Below, piece by piece: positions 1-7,634 of a stretch of DNA of 64,000 bases (the first letter of the stretch is position 1; each line of letters begins with the position of its first letter). The position numbers and the translations under genes are program-made. The stretch spans positions 541,750 to 605,749 of the forward strand of contig JACJZJ010000002.1 in the NCBI GenBank assembly GCA_020635675.1, read 5' to 3'. Under the pieces are notes generated by a model. It did no database searches and was not told the origin of the DNA. It worked only from the letters and a program-made list of their open reading frames with translations. The stretch is from Flavobacteriales bacterium. Lineage in GTDB: Bacteria; Bacteroidota; Bacteroidia; Flavobacteriales_F; PHOS-HE28.

Positions 1-1614
1 GGATAGGCTTATCACATAGAGGCCAACGTTCCCGACGAAACCCGCTCCTTTCACAACGAACCGTCCATCATTGGGTACGGGGAAGATGTGGATCCTCGGT
101 CCTGCCGCCGCATGTTCGTTAACGGCCGTGGTGCTCAACGCGAAACCGGCCGACACGATGCAGCCGCTGGCCGTTGAGAGCGTTACGGAGTAGTCCCCGT
201 CGCCCTGGCTGAACAAATAGGGATCATCCGCGCCGGGTACCGGCAGCCCCTCATAGGTCCACGAACAGGTCCCGGTGCCACCATCCATGAAAAGCACGCC
301 CCCCGAATAGGTGATCGTGATCGTCGGACATACTACCACGGGAACGCTCCAGCCCGTGCAGCCATAGCCGTTCGTGCCCTCGGCTTGATAGACGCCGGCC
401 CCCGTGGTCTGAAGGCAGGCACCGATGGCGTTGGGAACGGTGTCGCCGTCGAGGTACCATACGGTGTTCACCAAGTTGGTGTCGCCCAGGCAGATCAGAC
501 CGCCGAGCGTGTCGTAGGTCGTGGTCATATCCGGCAATGAAAAGACAGTAACGGTATCCGTATCCTGAAAGAGCTGTTGTACGGTGAGGTCAATGGTCAA
601 TTGGCCGAAGGTGCCCCCGGCCACGTTGAAGGGATAAGCGCCCGCTCCATTGAGAGGAATGTTATAAGTACCCAGATCGTCGTCCTGACTGATGGGGTCT
701 TCGTCATAGAATGTGATCGAATAGGGCGGGTCGTTCAAGGGGAGGTTCAGGTTCGTCCATGTTTGGCTTTGCGAGTTGCTACCACTGCTGCTGGTGTAGT
801 TGTTCCCATTGCCGTCGGTCAATACAAAATAGAGATCGGGCGCCCCGGTACATCCGAAAATATCCGGCTCTTCGACATCGCCGCACCAATTGTCGTTCAC
901 GCCGTTCAATACGACTTCCGAAAGAACATATCCCCCCACCGTTGTCAGTAGAGAGATCGCATAGATGCCCGGCTGCGAATAGGTCTGCACAGGCGGGTCC
1001 GCATCGGTACTTGTATTGCCGTTGCCAAAGTCCCACGCATAGTTTGTGGGAGCGCTTCCGCCATCGATCAAGGCACTGAAAGTAACATCCAGCGCCTCGC
1101 AACCGCTGGTGGGGTTGAAGTCGAAGCTCAAATTGCCCCCGTTCCCTGGCTGGACCACTAGTGTGACGGGAAAGGATTCAGGCACAGTGATCTGGATGCC
1201 GCTGTATTCCACCAACGCATTGATCGAGATCGTGATGGTGAAGGTCCCCGCACCCAAAGGAGTGCCGCAGATGCGGGCGCAGCCGTATTCGTTCTGTTGG
1301 GGATAGTAGATGCCGAGCGGGTCGTTCGTCTCCACGGCAAGTCCGAACGGCACCCCCGATATCCCGGTGATCGTCATTTGCAAGAAGTCCACGTTGAAAC
1401 CCGTGCCCGGATCCGTGAACGATGACGGAAGCCAAAATGTCAGATCGGCCTCGTACAGCGACCCCACCGTGGCGTCAGGAGGCAGAGTAGGGCAAAGTGT
1501 GGGGTAGGCGGGCGTCACTTGGCAAGCCAGGTCGGGGTTGCACCCCGGGCATTGGGCGGATGCGCGCGGCAGGATGACCAAGCCGTAGAGCGCCAGAAAA
1601 GATGCGAAACGCAT
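1..1614 (-). CDS. Secreted PKD-domain protein with T9SS type-A C-terminal sorting domain (3' end runs off the window; 538 codons visible)
   Basis: Checked by hand: the minus frame has no stop from the ATG at 1614 down to position 1. It is missing from the ORF track only because it is open at the edge. Signal peptide MRFASFLALYGLVILPRASAQ, then a Cys-rich CPGCNPDLAC..TLCP segment. PKD signature YAWDFGNGNTSTDADPPVQTYSQPGIY at ~nt 900-1130. The visible C-terminus IHIFPVPNDGRFVVKGAG resembles a Por_Secre_tail (TIGR04183-type) domain. Confidence 0.75.
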   Translation of the reverse strand, partial: MRFASFLALYGLVILPRASAQCPGCNPDLACQVTPAYPTLCPTLPPDATVGSLYEADLTFWLPSSFTDPGTGFNVDFLQMTITGISGVPFGLAVETNDPLGIYYPQQNEYGCARICGTPLGAGTFTITISINALVEYSGIQITVPESFPVTLVVQPGNGGNLSFDFNPTSGCEALDVTFSALIDGGSAPTNYAWDFGNGNTSTDADPPVQTYSQPGIYAISLLTTVGGYVLSEVVLNGVNDNWCGDVEEPDIFGCTGAPDLYFVLTDGNGNNYTSSSGSNSQSQTWTNLNLPLNDPPYSITFYDEDPISQDDDLGTYNIPLNGAGAYPFNVAGGTFGQLTIDLTVQQLFQDTDTVTVFSLPDMTTTYDTLGGLICLGDTNLVNTVWYLDGDTVPNAIGACLQTTGAGVYQAEGTNGYGCTGWSVPVVVCPTITITYSGGVLFMDGGTGTCSWTYEGLPVPGADDPYLFSQGDGDYSVTLSTASGCIVSAGFALSTTAVNEHAAAGPRIHIFPVPNDGRFVVKGAGFVGNVGLYVISLS

Positions 1615-1655
1615 GTGCATGGTACGGCAGGAATGCAATATCGGGAAAGTCCGGT

Positions 1656-2315
1656 TCAATGACGCCTGGTCAGACGCTTCAGCACCTTGTTGATGCGCAC
1701 CCGCTTGGCTGGCTGTGCCATGTTCATCAGGCGATCCTCCAAAACCCCGATCAATGCCTTTTCGAAACGACCGGGTACCACCTTGCCCGTCGATTCCGCG
1801 TACATCGGGATCTGGTTCACAGGGCAGGTGCGCAGGACCTCCAACAAAAGTGGCCACGCCTTCGTCGCGAATCGTTGGTCGCCACCCAGTTCGACCAAGA
1901 CCCTGACGCCATGGTCCCTGGTGATCACGGACCCCTTGTCCACGGCGGCCATGATGGGTGCCAGCTGTGCATACACTTTGGCGGGGGCCACCCGCGCGAT
2001 CACATCGATGGCGCACATGGCTCCCCAGACCAGCCGGTTGTTCCTGTCATCAAGCAGGTCTACGAACGCGCCAAGGTGCGGCACGAGCAGGTCGGGAGCC
2101 TGCTCGCCGGCCTCGTACAAGACCTTGATGGCATCGGCCCTGAGCGCAGCGGTACCCTCGAGAGATACCCGAATGAGCGCGGAAACGGCGTCCTTGTCCA
2201 AGGTGCTGGCGACACGTTCCGCCAACGCCATGTTCGGTCCTTCATCCCTGCGTCCGACCGTGGTGGCCAACTGCTCCACGATGACGGGAATCTGGCGCTT
2301 TGTGTGTTCGCTCAT
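1656..2315 (-). CDS. Hypothetical protein with helical HEAT/armadillo-like repeats (~219 aa)
   Basis: Lies in ORF 1656..2411. I chose the ATG at 2315 (MSEHTKRQIPVIVEQL) because the longer form would invade the gltX upstream region. Composition is Leu/Ala-rich and helical. No family recognised with certainty. Confidence 0.6.
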   Translation of the reverse strand: MSEHTKRQIPVIVEQLATTVGRRDEGPNMALAERVASTLDKDAVSALIRVSLEGTAALRADAIKVLYEAGEQAPDLLVPHLGAFVDLLDDRNNRLVWGAMCAIDVIARVAPAKVYAQLAPIMAAVDKGSVITRDHGVRVLVELGGDQRFATKAWPLLLEVLRTCPVNQIPMYAESTGKVVPGRFEKALIGVLEDRLMNMAQPAKRVRINKVLKRLTRRH

Positions 2316-2376
2316 GGGGAGGAGGTTGCTTTGTCCGAAGGTCGTGCCTTCTGCGAGGCTTCGCGGAAGGGACCGG

Positions 2377-2384
2377 TATCTTCG
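2377..2384 (+). promoter_or_regulatory. -7-like promoter box TATCTTCG upstream of gltX
   Basis: One mismatch to the Bacteroidota TAnnTTTG consensus, 32 nt before the gltX ATG. The same 11-mer TATCTTCGCGG recurs before tRNA-Cys. Confidence 0.35.
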
Positions 2385-2416
2385 CGGCCCGTTCGAACAA
2401 GATAACCCCACAAGCC

Positions 2417-3955
2417 ATGTCCGTCAGGGTCCGATTTGCGCCAAGTCCCACCGGTCCGTTGCACATGGGAGGCGTACGCACCGCCCTGTACAACTACTTG
2501 TTCGCGCGAAAGCTCGGGGGTCGATTTCTTTTACGGATCGAGGATACGGACCGCACCCGTTTCGTGCCCGGAGCGGAGGAGTACATCCGAGAAGCCCTGG
2601 GTTGGTGTGGGCTTGCTCCGGATGAAAGCCCGTGGGGGGGAGGCCCCGATGGGCCATATCGCCAAAGCGAAAGGAAGTCCGTATACCCACGCTACGCAGA
2701 GGAGCTGATCGCCAATGACCAGGCCTACTATGCCTTTGATACGGCGGAGGAATTGGAGGCCATGCGTGGGCGCATGAAGGCGGCGGGCGTGGCCGCGCCC
2801 GCGTACAATGCAGTGACACGCGAGCACATGAAGAACTCGCTCACCCTGCCCGCTGACGAAGTGAGGGCCCGACTGGAGGGTGGCGAACCCTATGTGGTGC
2901 GCTTGAAGGTGCCCCGACAGCGTGAAATCCGGTTCGAGGACATCATCCGGGGCTGGGTGGTCGTGCATAGTGGGCACATCGATGACAAGGTGCTCTTCAA
3001 GAGCGACGGCATGCCCACGTACCACCTGGCCAACATCGTTGACGATCGTCTGATGGGCATCACACACGTGATCCGCGGGGAGGAGTGGCTGCCCAGTGCA
3101 CCGCTGCATGTCCTCCTCTATGAGGCGTTCGGTTGGGAGCGTCCGCACTTCGCGCACCTGCCGTTGATCCTGAAGCCCGATGGCCATGGTAAGCTCAGTA
3201 AGCGGGACGGGGATCGTCTCGGCTTTCCGGTGTTCCCGTTGGACTGGACGGACCCGAACACCGGGGAAAGGAGCAGCGGCTACCGAGAACGGGGCTACTA
3301 TCCCGAGGCCTTTGTCAACATGCTGGCCCTACTGGGGTGGAACCCTGGCACCGAGCAGGAGCTGTTTACCATGGACCAGCTGGTGGAGGCGTTCAGCCTG
3401 GAGCGTGTGAACAAGAGTGGTGCCCGGTTCGATCCGGACAAGACGCGTTGGTTCAACCAGCAATACCTACGCCATCGGCCGGACGAGGAGCTTGGCGAGG
3501 GCCTGCGCACCCGCTTGGCCGAGCGGGGCATCCAGGTGGCGCCCGAACGGGCCACACAAGCCGCGCACCTCCTGAAGGAGCGCGCCACCTTCGTGGATGA
3601 TATGCTGGACGGGGCTTATCTTTTCGAGCCAGGGTCACCACTCGACCAGAACAACGAAGCAGCACTGGCCGATCTTCGAAAGCGCTGGAGGCCCGAGGCA
3701 GCGGATACCATGGAAGCGTTCATAACGCGCTTGTCCGGTCTGACCCCGTTCACCGCGGAAGCGGTGGAGAGCGCGTTCCATGAGGTTCTGCATGATAAAG
3801 GAATGAAGCTGGGGCAAGTGATGCCTATCTACCGCTTGTTCGTGGCGGGACGGATGCAGGGCCCCGGCATGTTCGAGGTAAGCGCCCTGCTCGGTCGCGA
3901 AGAGGTCATCGCCCGATTGCGTGCGGGCCTGGAGCGTTGCCGGGCATGGGCTTGA
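2417..3955 (+). CDS. gltX: Glutamate--tRNA ligase
   Basis: ATG at 2417 verified inside ORF 2300..3955, whose own start is TTG. Class I HIGH-type motif PSPTGPLHMGG and KMSKS-type motif KLSKRDG. The length and overall sequence are typical of GltX. Confidence 0.95.
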   Translation: MSVRVRFAPSPTGPLHMGGVRTALYNYLFARKLGGRFLLRIEDTDRTRFVPGAEEYIREALGWCGLAPDESPWGGGPDGPYRQSERKSVYPRYAEELIANDQAYYAFDTAEELEAMRGRMKAAGVAAPAYNAVTREHMKNSLTLPADEVRARLEGGEPYVVRLKVPRQREIRFEDIIRGWVVVHSGHIDDKVLFKSDGMPTYHLANIVDDRLMGITHVIRGEEWLPSAPLHVLLYEAFGWERPHFAHLPLILKPDGHGKLSKRDGDRLGFPVFPLDWTDPNTGERSSGYRERGYYPEAFVNMLALLGWNPGTEQELFTMDQLVEAFSLERVNKSGARFDPDKTRWFNQQYLRHRPDEELGEGLRTRLAERGIQVAPERATQAAHLLKERATFVDDMLDGAYLFEPGSPLDQNNEAALADLRKRWRPEAADTMEAFITRLSGLTPFTAEAVESAFHEVLHDKGMKLGQVMPIYRLFVAGRMQGPGMFEVSALLGREEVIARLRAGLERCRAWA

Positions 3956-4296
3956 TCGAAGTGAACGGGATCCGGGTGTATGCCTACCACGGCTGCTTGA
4001 CCGAGGAGGGTCGGATCGGGGGGCAGTATCAGGTCGATGTGTCGGTGGAGGGCGATCTGGGGATGGCCGAGCACTCCGACCGGCTGCAGGATACGATCGA
4101 TTATGGCCGGGTCACCGCGATCGTTCGGGAACAGATGGCCGTGCGTAGCCACCTGATCGAACATGTCTGTCGCAGGATAGTTGACGCCTTGAGGTCGGAA
4201 TGGCCCGGACCATGGCGGTGGCGGGTCCGATTGGTGAAGGAGCATCCCCCGGTGGCGGGAGCTGTGGACCATGTGGTGTATTCCCTGACGGCATAG
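3946..4296 (+). CDS. folB: Dihydroneopterin aldolase
   Basis: MGLIEVNGIRVYAYHGCLTEEGRIGGQYQVDV..DTIDYGRV is a FolB-like pattern at ~117 aa. The ATG at 3946 overlaps the gltX stop (3953-3955). TTG at 3937 is an alternative start. Confidence 0.8.
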   Translation: MGLIEVNGIRVYAYHGCLTEEGRIGGQYQVDVSVEGDLGMAEHSDRLQDTIDYGRVTAIVREQMAVRSHLIEHVCRRIVDALRSEWPGPWRWRVRLVKEHPPVAGAVDHVVYSLTA

Positions 4297-4306
4297 GCCG
4301 ATCCGC

Positions 4307-4314
4307 TATCTTCG
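4307..4314 (+). promoter_or_regulatory. -7-like promoter box TATCTTCG upstream of tRNA-Cys
   Basis: It ends 12 nt before tRNA position 1 and shares the identical 11-mer TATCTTCGCGG with the gltX upstream box. Confidence 0.4.
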
Positions 4315-4326
4315 CGGGCCGAAGGC

Positions 4327-4397
4327 GGTCACGTGGCCGAGTGGCTAGGCAGAGGTCTGCAAAACCTCGTACAGCGGTTCGACTCCGCTCGTGACCT
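4327..4397 (+). tRNA. tRNA-Cys (anticodon GCA), CCA not encoded
   Basis: Cloverleaf folded by hand. Acceptor GGTCACG/CGTGACC is 7 bp and perfect. Anticodon stem GAGGT/ACCTC carries the loop CTGCAAA. T arm is AGCGG-TTCGACT-CCGCT. Discriminator is T, the U73 typical of tRNA-Cys. It is followed by CCG, not CCA. Confidence 0.95.
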
Positions 4398-4402
4398 CCG
4401 AT

Positions 4403-4436
4403 GGACCCCGCCCGCGAAGGGCGGGGTCCTCCTTTT
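4403..4436 (+). terminator. Rho-independent terminator after tRNA-Cys
   Basis: GGACCCCGCCC-GCGAA-GGGCGGGGTCC forms a perfect 11-bp GC stem with a 5-nt loop, followed by TCCTTTTC. Confidence 0.7.
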
Positions 4437-4485
4437 CAGCGCGTACATTGCACATACCGATCCGCTCATATCGACGTTGTGAGCA

Positions 4486-6864
4486 ATGCCTGTACGAAGA
4501 CCCATGGACGTAAGAAGAGCCCTGTACCTCCTCACCGCCCTGGCCCTCGGTCCATCGCTTGCAGAGGCCCAGGTGGCCATTGGCCAATGGCGGGACCATC
4601 TGCCTTATCGCCAAGCCGTCGCTGTAGCGAGCGGAGCCGGAAAGGCGTATTGCGCGACCACCGCCGCTGTCTTCAGCTACGATCCCGTTTCTGGGACGAT
4701 GGAGCGCCTGACCAAAGTGAACGCGCTGAACGATGTGAACATACGTTGCCTGGCCTGGGACCCCACCTTGAATGCGCTGTTGGTGGGCTACGAAAATGGA
4801 AACCTGGACATGCTCCGCGGTGGGGTGTCCACGAACCTTAGTGACATCAAGCGCAGCGGGATACTCGGCGACAAGGCCATCTATGCGGTCCGGTTCCAGA
4901 ACGACCTGGCCTATCTCGCCTGCGGATTCGGCATCGTGGTCATGGACCTTGTGCAACAGGAGGTCCGGGATACCTGGCTCATCGCCCCAGGAGGCGCACA
5001 GGTCAAGGTGAGCGACATCGCATTCACCGGGGACTCCATCTATGCGGCCACGGGGTCGGGCCTCTTCGCGGCCTCCCGGCAAGCACCCAACCTCGCTTCC
5101 TTCACGGCCTGGCATAAGCGGCCGGACATACCGAACGCGAACGGGCCTTTCACCGCTGTGGTCGAGTTCGGGGGCCGGTTGATCGCGAACCTACATCGCG
5201 AGGAGGCACCCAATGCGGATACGCTCTATTACTACGATGCGGGGTGGCATGGCCTCTCTGCGCTCTACGACCAATGGAACAGGTCCCTCGTGGTTACGGC
5301 TGATGGGCAACAGTTGATCGTGGCACATGCCTACAATGCCGAAAAACTGGACCAGCAATTCGCACAGGTCCAGAACTACTATGCCTACGGTGGGGATGGG
5401 ATGCAACCGGCACAGGCCGTGGAAGGCCCGGACGGTAACATTTGGATCGCGGACCAGGAGAAAGGGCTGGTCCTGCATCATGGAGGTGCCAACGGTACAC
5501 CGTTGCACCCCAACGGACCCTCTAATGCGACGGCCTATCGCATGGCCATGTCCGGTGGGTCGCTCTACGTTACGACAGGAGGTGTGGCGAACAACTGGAC
5601 GAACTTTTTCCTGAAGGACGGGGTGCACATCTATGTCAACGGGTCCTGGAGAACGATCGATCGTACCAACAATGCACTGATGGCGACCGGCGCCAATGCT
5701 TATGGAGGAGCTGTGAACGATGTGTTCGGCACGGCTGTTGATCCGGAGGATCCGACCCATGCCTTTGTTTCCAGTTGGGACGAAGGAGTGATCGAATTCA
5801 AGGACGAGGCCCCCGTGACGATCTATGATCAGGACAATAGTTCCCTGGCGCCCAATCCGACCTACGGAACCGACAACTGCATCCAGGTATCCGGACTGGC
5901 ATATGATGAGGAGGGGAACCTCTGGATGACCAACAGCAATGTACCGGGGGTCATCGCGGTACGCACAAGGAGTGGAAGTTGGCGAAGCTTCGAGCCTGGA
6001 GCGGTCCTCAACAACAACACGTTGGCCAGCGACATCCTTCCCGCAAGCAATGGCATCAAATGGGTGATCCGCCCACGGGGCAACGGAATGTTCACCTTCT
6101 ATGATGGAGGTACCATCAGTGATGTAGGGGATGATCGATACACGTTGATCAACACGTTCGAGGGGCAGGGGGCGCTACCATCACTCGATGTGTTTGCCAT
6201 GGCCGAGGACCATTCCGGCCAGATCTGGGTGGGTACCGGCAAGGGGATCGCCGTCTTCTACAACCCGGACGCGCTCATCAACGGTGGGGATTTCGACGCA
6301 CAGCAGATCCTCATCGAACAGGATGGCAATGTCCAGGTCCTCTTGGAGACGGAGGCCGTCACGTCCATTGTGGTCGATGGGGCGGACCGAAAATGGTTGG
6401 GCACACAGAGCAGCGGGGTCTATCTCGTCTCATCGGACGGGACCGAGCAGATCCATCATTTCACGGCGGAGAACAGTCCATTGCCAAGCAACACCATCAC
6501 TGCGATGGCCATGGATGAGGGGACCGGTGAGCTTTTCGTGGGTACGGACCAAGGGATCGTCAGTTATCGCGGAGAGGCCATCGAAGGCGCGGAGACCAGT
6601 TCGTGCGCATCGGTGTTCCCGAACCCATTGCTCCCTGGACATCCCGGCCCGGTGGCCATCACAGGACTCGTGAAGGACAGCGATGTGAAGGTGGCCGATG
6701 TAGCGGGGAACCTGGTCTATCACACGACATCATTGGGAGGACAGGCGATCTGGCCCGGAACGGACATGTCCGGCCAGAAGGTCTCCACCGGGGTGTATCT
6801 GATCTTTGCAGCGGACCAAGAGGGTACCTACAAGTGCAAGACGAAGATGCTGGTGGTGCGCTGA
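4486..6864 (+). CDS. Two-propeller (Reg_prop-type) protein with T9SS type-A CTD; PorZ-like
   Basis: 792 aa with signal peptide ALYLLTALALGPSLAEAQ. Repeated propeller motifs IWVGTGKGIAVF, KWLGTQSSGVYLV and LFVGTDQGIVSY. C-terminal VFPNPLLPG..GVYLIFAADQEGTYKCKTKMLVVR is CTD-like. Size and architecture match PorZ. The function call is by resemblance only. Confidence 0.8.
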   Translation: MPVRRPMDVRRALYLLTALALGPSLAEAQVAIGQWRDHLPYRQAVAVASGAGKAYCATTAAVFSYDPVSGTMERLTKVNALNDVNIRCLAWDPTLNALLVGYENGNLDMLRGGVSTNLSDIKRSGILGDKAIYAVRFQNDLAYLACGFGIVVMDLVQQEVRDTWLIAPGGAQVKVSDIAFTGDSIYAATGSGLFAASRQAPNLASFTAWHKRPDIPNANGPFTAVVEFGGRLIANLHREEAPNADTLYYYDAGWHGLSALYDQWNRSLVVTADGQQLIVAHAYNAEKLDQQFAQVQNYYAYGGDGMQPAQAVEGPDGNIWIADQEKGLVLHHGGANGTPLHPNGPSNATAYRMAMSGGSLYVTTGGVANNWTNFFLKDGVHIYVNGSWRTIDRTNNALMATGANAYGGAVNDVFGTAVDPEDPTHAFVSSWDEGVIEFKDEAPVTIYDQDNSSLAPNPTYGTDNCIQVSGLAYDEEGNLWMTNSNVPGVIAVRTRSGSWRSFEPGAVLNNNTLASDILPASNGIKWVIRPRGNGMFTFYDGGTISDVGDDRYTLINTFEGQGALPSLDVFAMAEDHSGQIWVGTGKGIAVFYNPDALINGGDFDAQQILIEQDGNVQVLLETEAVTSIVVDGADRKWLGTQSSGVYLVSSDGTEQIHHFTAENSPLPSNTITAMAMDEGTGELFVGTDQGIVSYRGEAIEGAETSSCASVFPNPLLPGHPGPVAITGLVKDSDVKVADVAGNLVYHTTSLGGQAIWPGTDMSGQKVSTGVYLIFAADQEGTYKCKTKMLVVR

Positions 6865-6885
6865 TCAGGTGACATCCGGGCCGCC

Positions 6886-7587
6886 ATGTTCCTAGAGACC
6901 CGAGCTATCGTGCTGCGTGTCGTGCCGCATCGGGACCATCGCGCGGTGTTGCGCGCCTACACGGAAGGGTCCGGACTGAGGACCTACATCGTACGGACGG
7001 GGAGAAGAAGCCGCCAGGCCTTGTTCGGACCCTTGGAGCGAGTGGTCCTTTCGTTCGAAGAGCGTGGCGATCGCGATCTGCAGATGCTGCGGGAGTTCCG
7101 TCTGGAGAAGCCGTATTTGAACATGTCCGGTGACATGCGGCGCACGGCTGTGCTCCTTTTCCTGCAAGAGCTCCTTGTCCAGATGGTCCAGGAGGAATCC
7201 TCGGACCCTGAACTGTACGGCTTTCTCGACCGGTCACTGGACCGCCTGGACCGATCGAGCGACCTGGAGCATTTTCCACTCGACTTTCTGATCGGTATTT
7301 CGCGACAAATGGGATTCGGCCCCGAGCCCCCCGGCCCCGAGGCGGACCATTTCGACCTGCGTGAGGGGGTCTTCCTTGGGTCTTCGGCGATCCAGCATGG
7401 TGATTCGGTCCCGCCACCGCTCGCCCTGGTCCTGGCTGGAGTGCTCAGGGAAGGAGGGACCCGGCCCCGCTTGTCCCCGACCGAACGGAGGGACCTCCTT
7501 GATATTCTCCTCCGCTACTTTGGACTACATGTTCCAGGCCTGGGAGAGCTACGCTCCCCGCGCGTTCTTCATCAGGTTCTTTCATAG
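6886..7587 (+). CDS. recO: DNA repair protein RecO
   Basis: ATG at 6886 verified. MFLETRAIVLRVVPHRDHRAVLRAYTEGSGLRTYIV and the later LLFLQELL..FPLDFLIGISRQMGFGPE follow the RecO pattern. Confidence 0.85.
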   Translation: MFLETRAIVLRVVPHRDHRAVLRAYTEGSGLRTYIVRTGRRSRQALFGPLERVVLSFEERGDRDLQMLREFRLEKPYLNMSGDMRRTAVLLFLQELLVQMVQEESSDPELYGFLDRSLDRLDRSSDLEHFPLDFLIGISRQMGFGPEPPGPEADHFDLREGVFLGSSAIQHGDSVPPPLALVLAGVLREGGTRPRLSPTERRDLLDILLRYFGLHVPGLGELRSPRVLHQVLS

Positions 7588-7634
7588 GGCATGTCGTGCG
7601 CGGACTATATTCGACCGCCTTGCGTCCGGCCGTA

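Noticed and set aside
4327-6900. tRNA-Cys as a possible integration site for a genomic island.
   Set aside because: No integrase or recombinase is present, I found no duplicated copy of the tRNA 3' end downstream, and the downstream genes (PorZ-like, recO, ptrB) are core-type. Composition looks uniform by eye.
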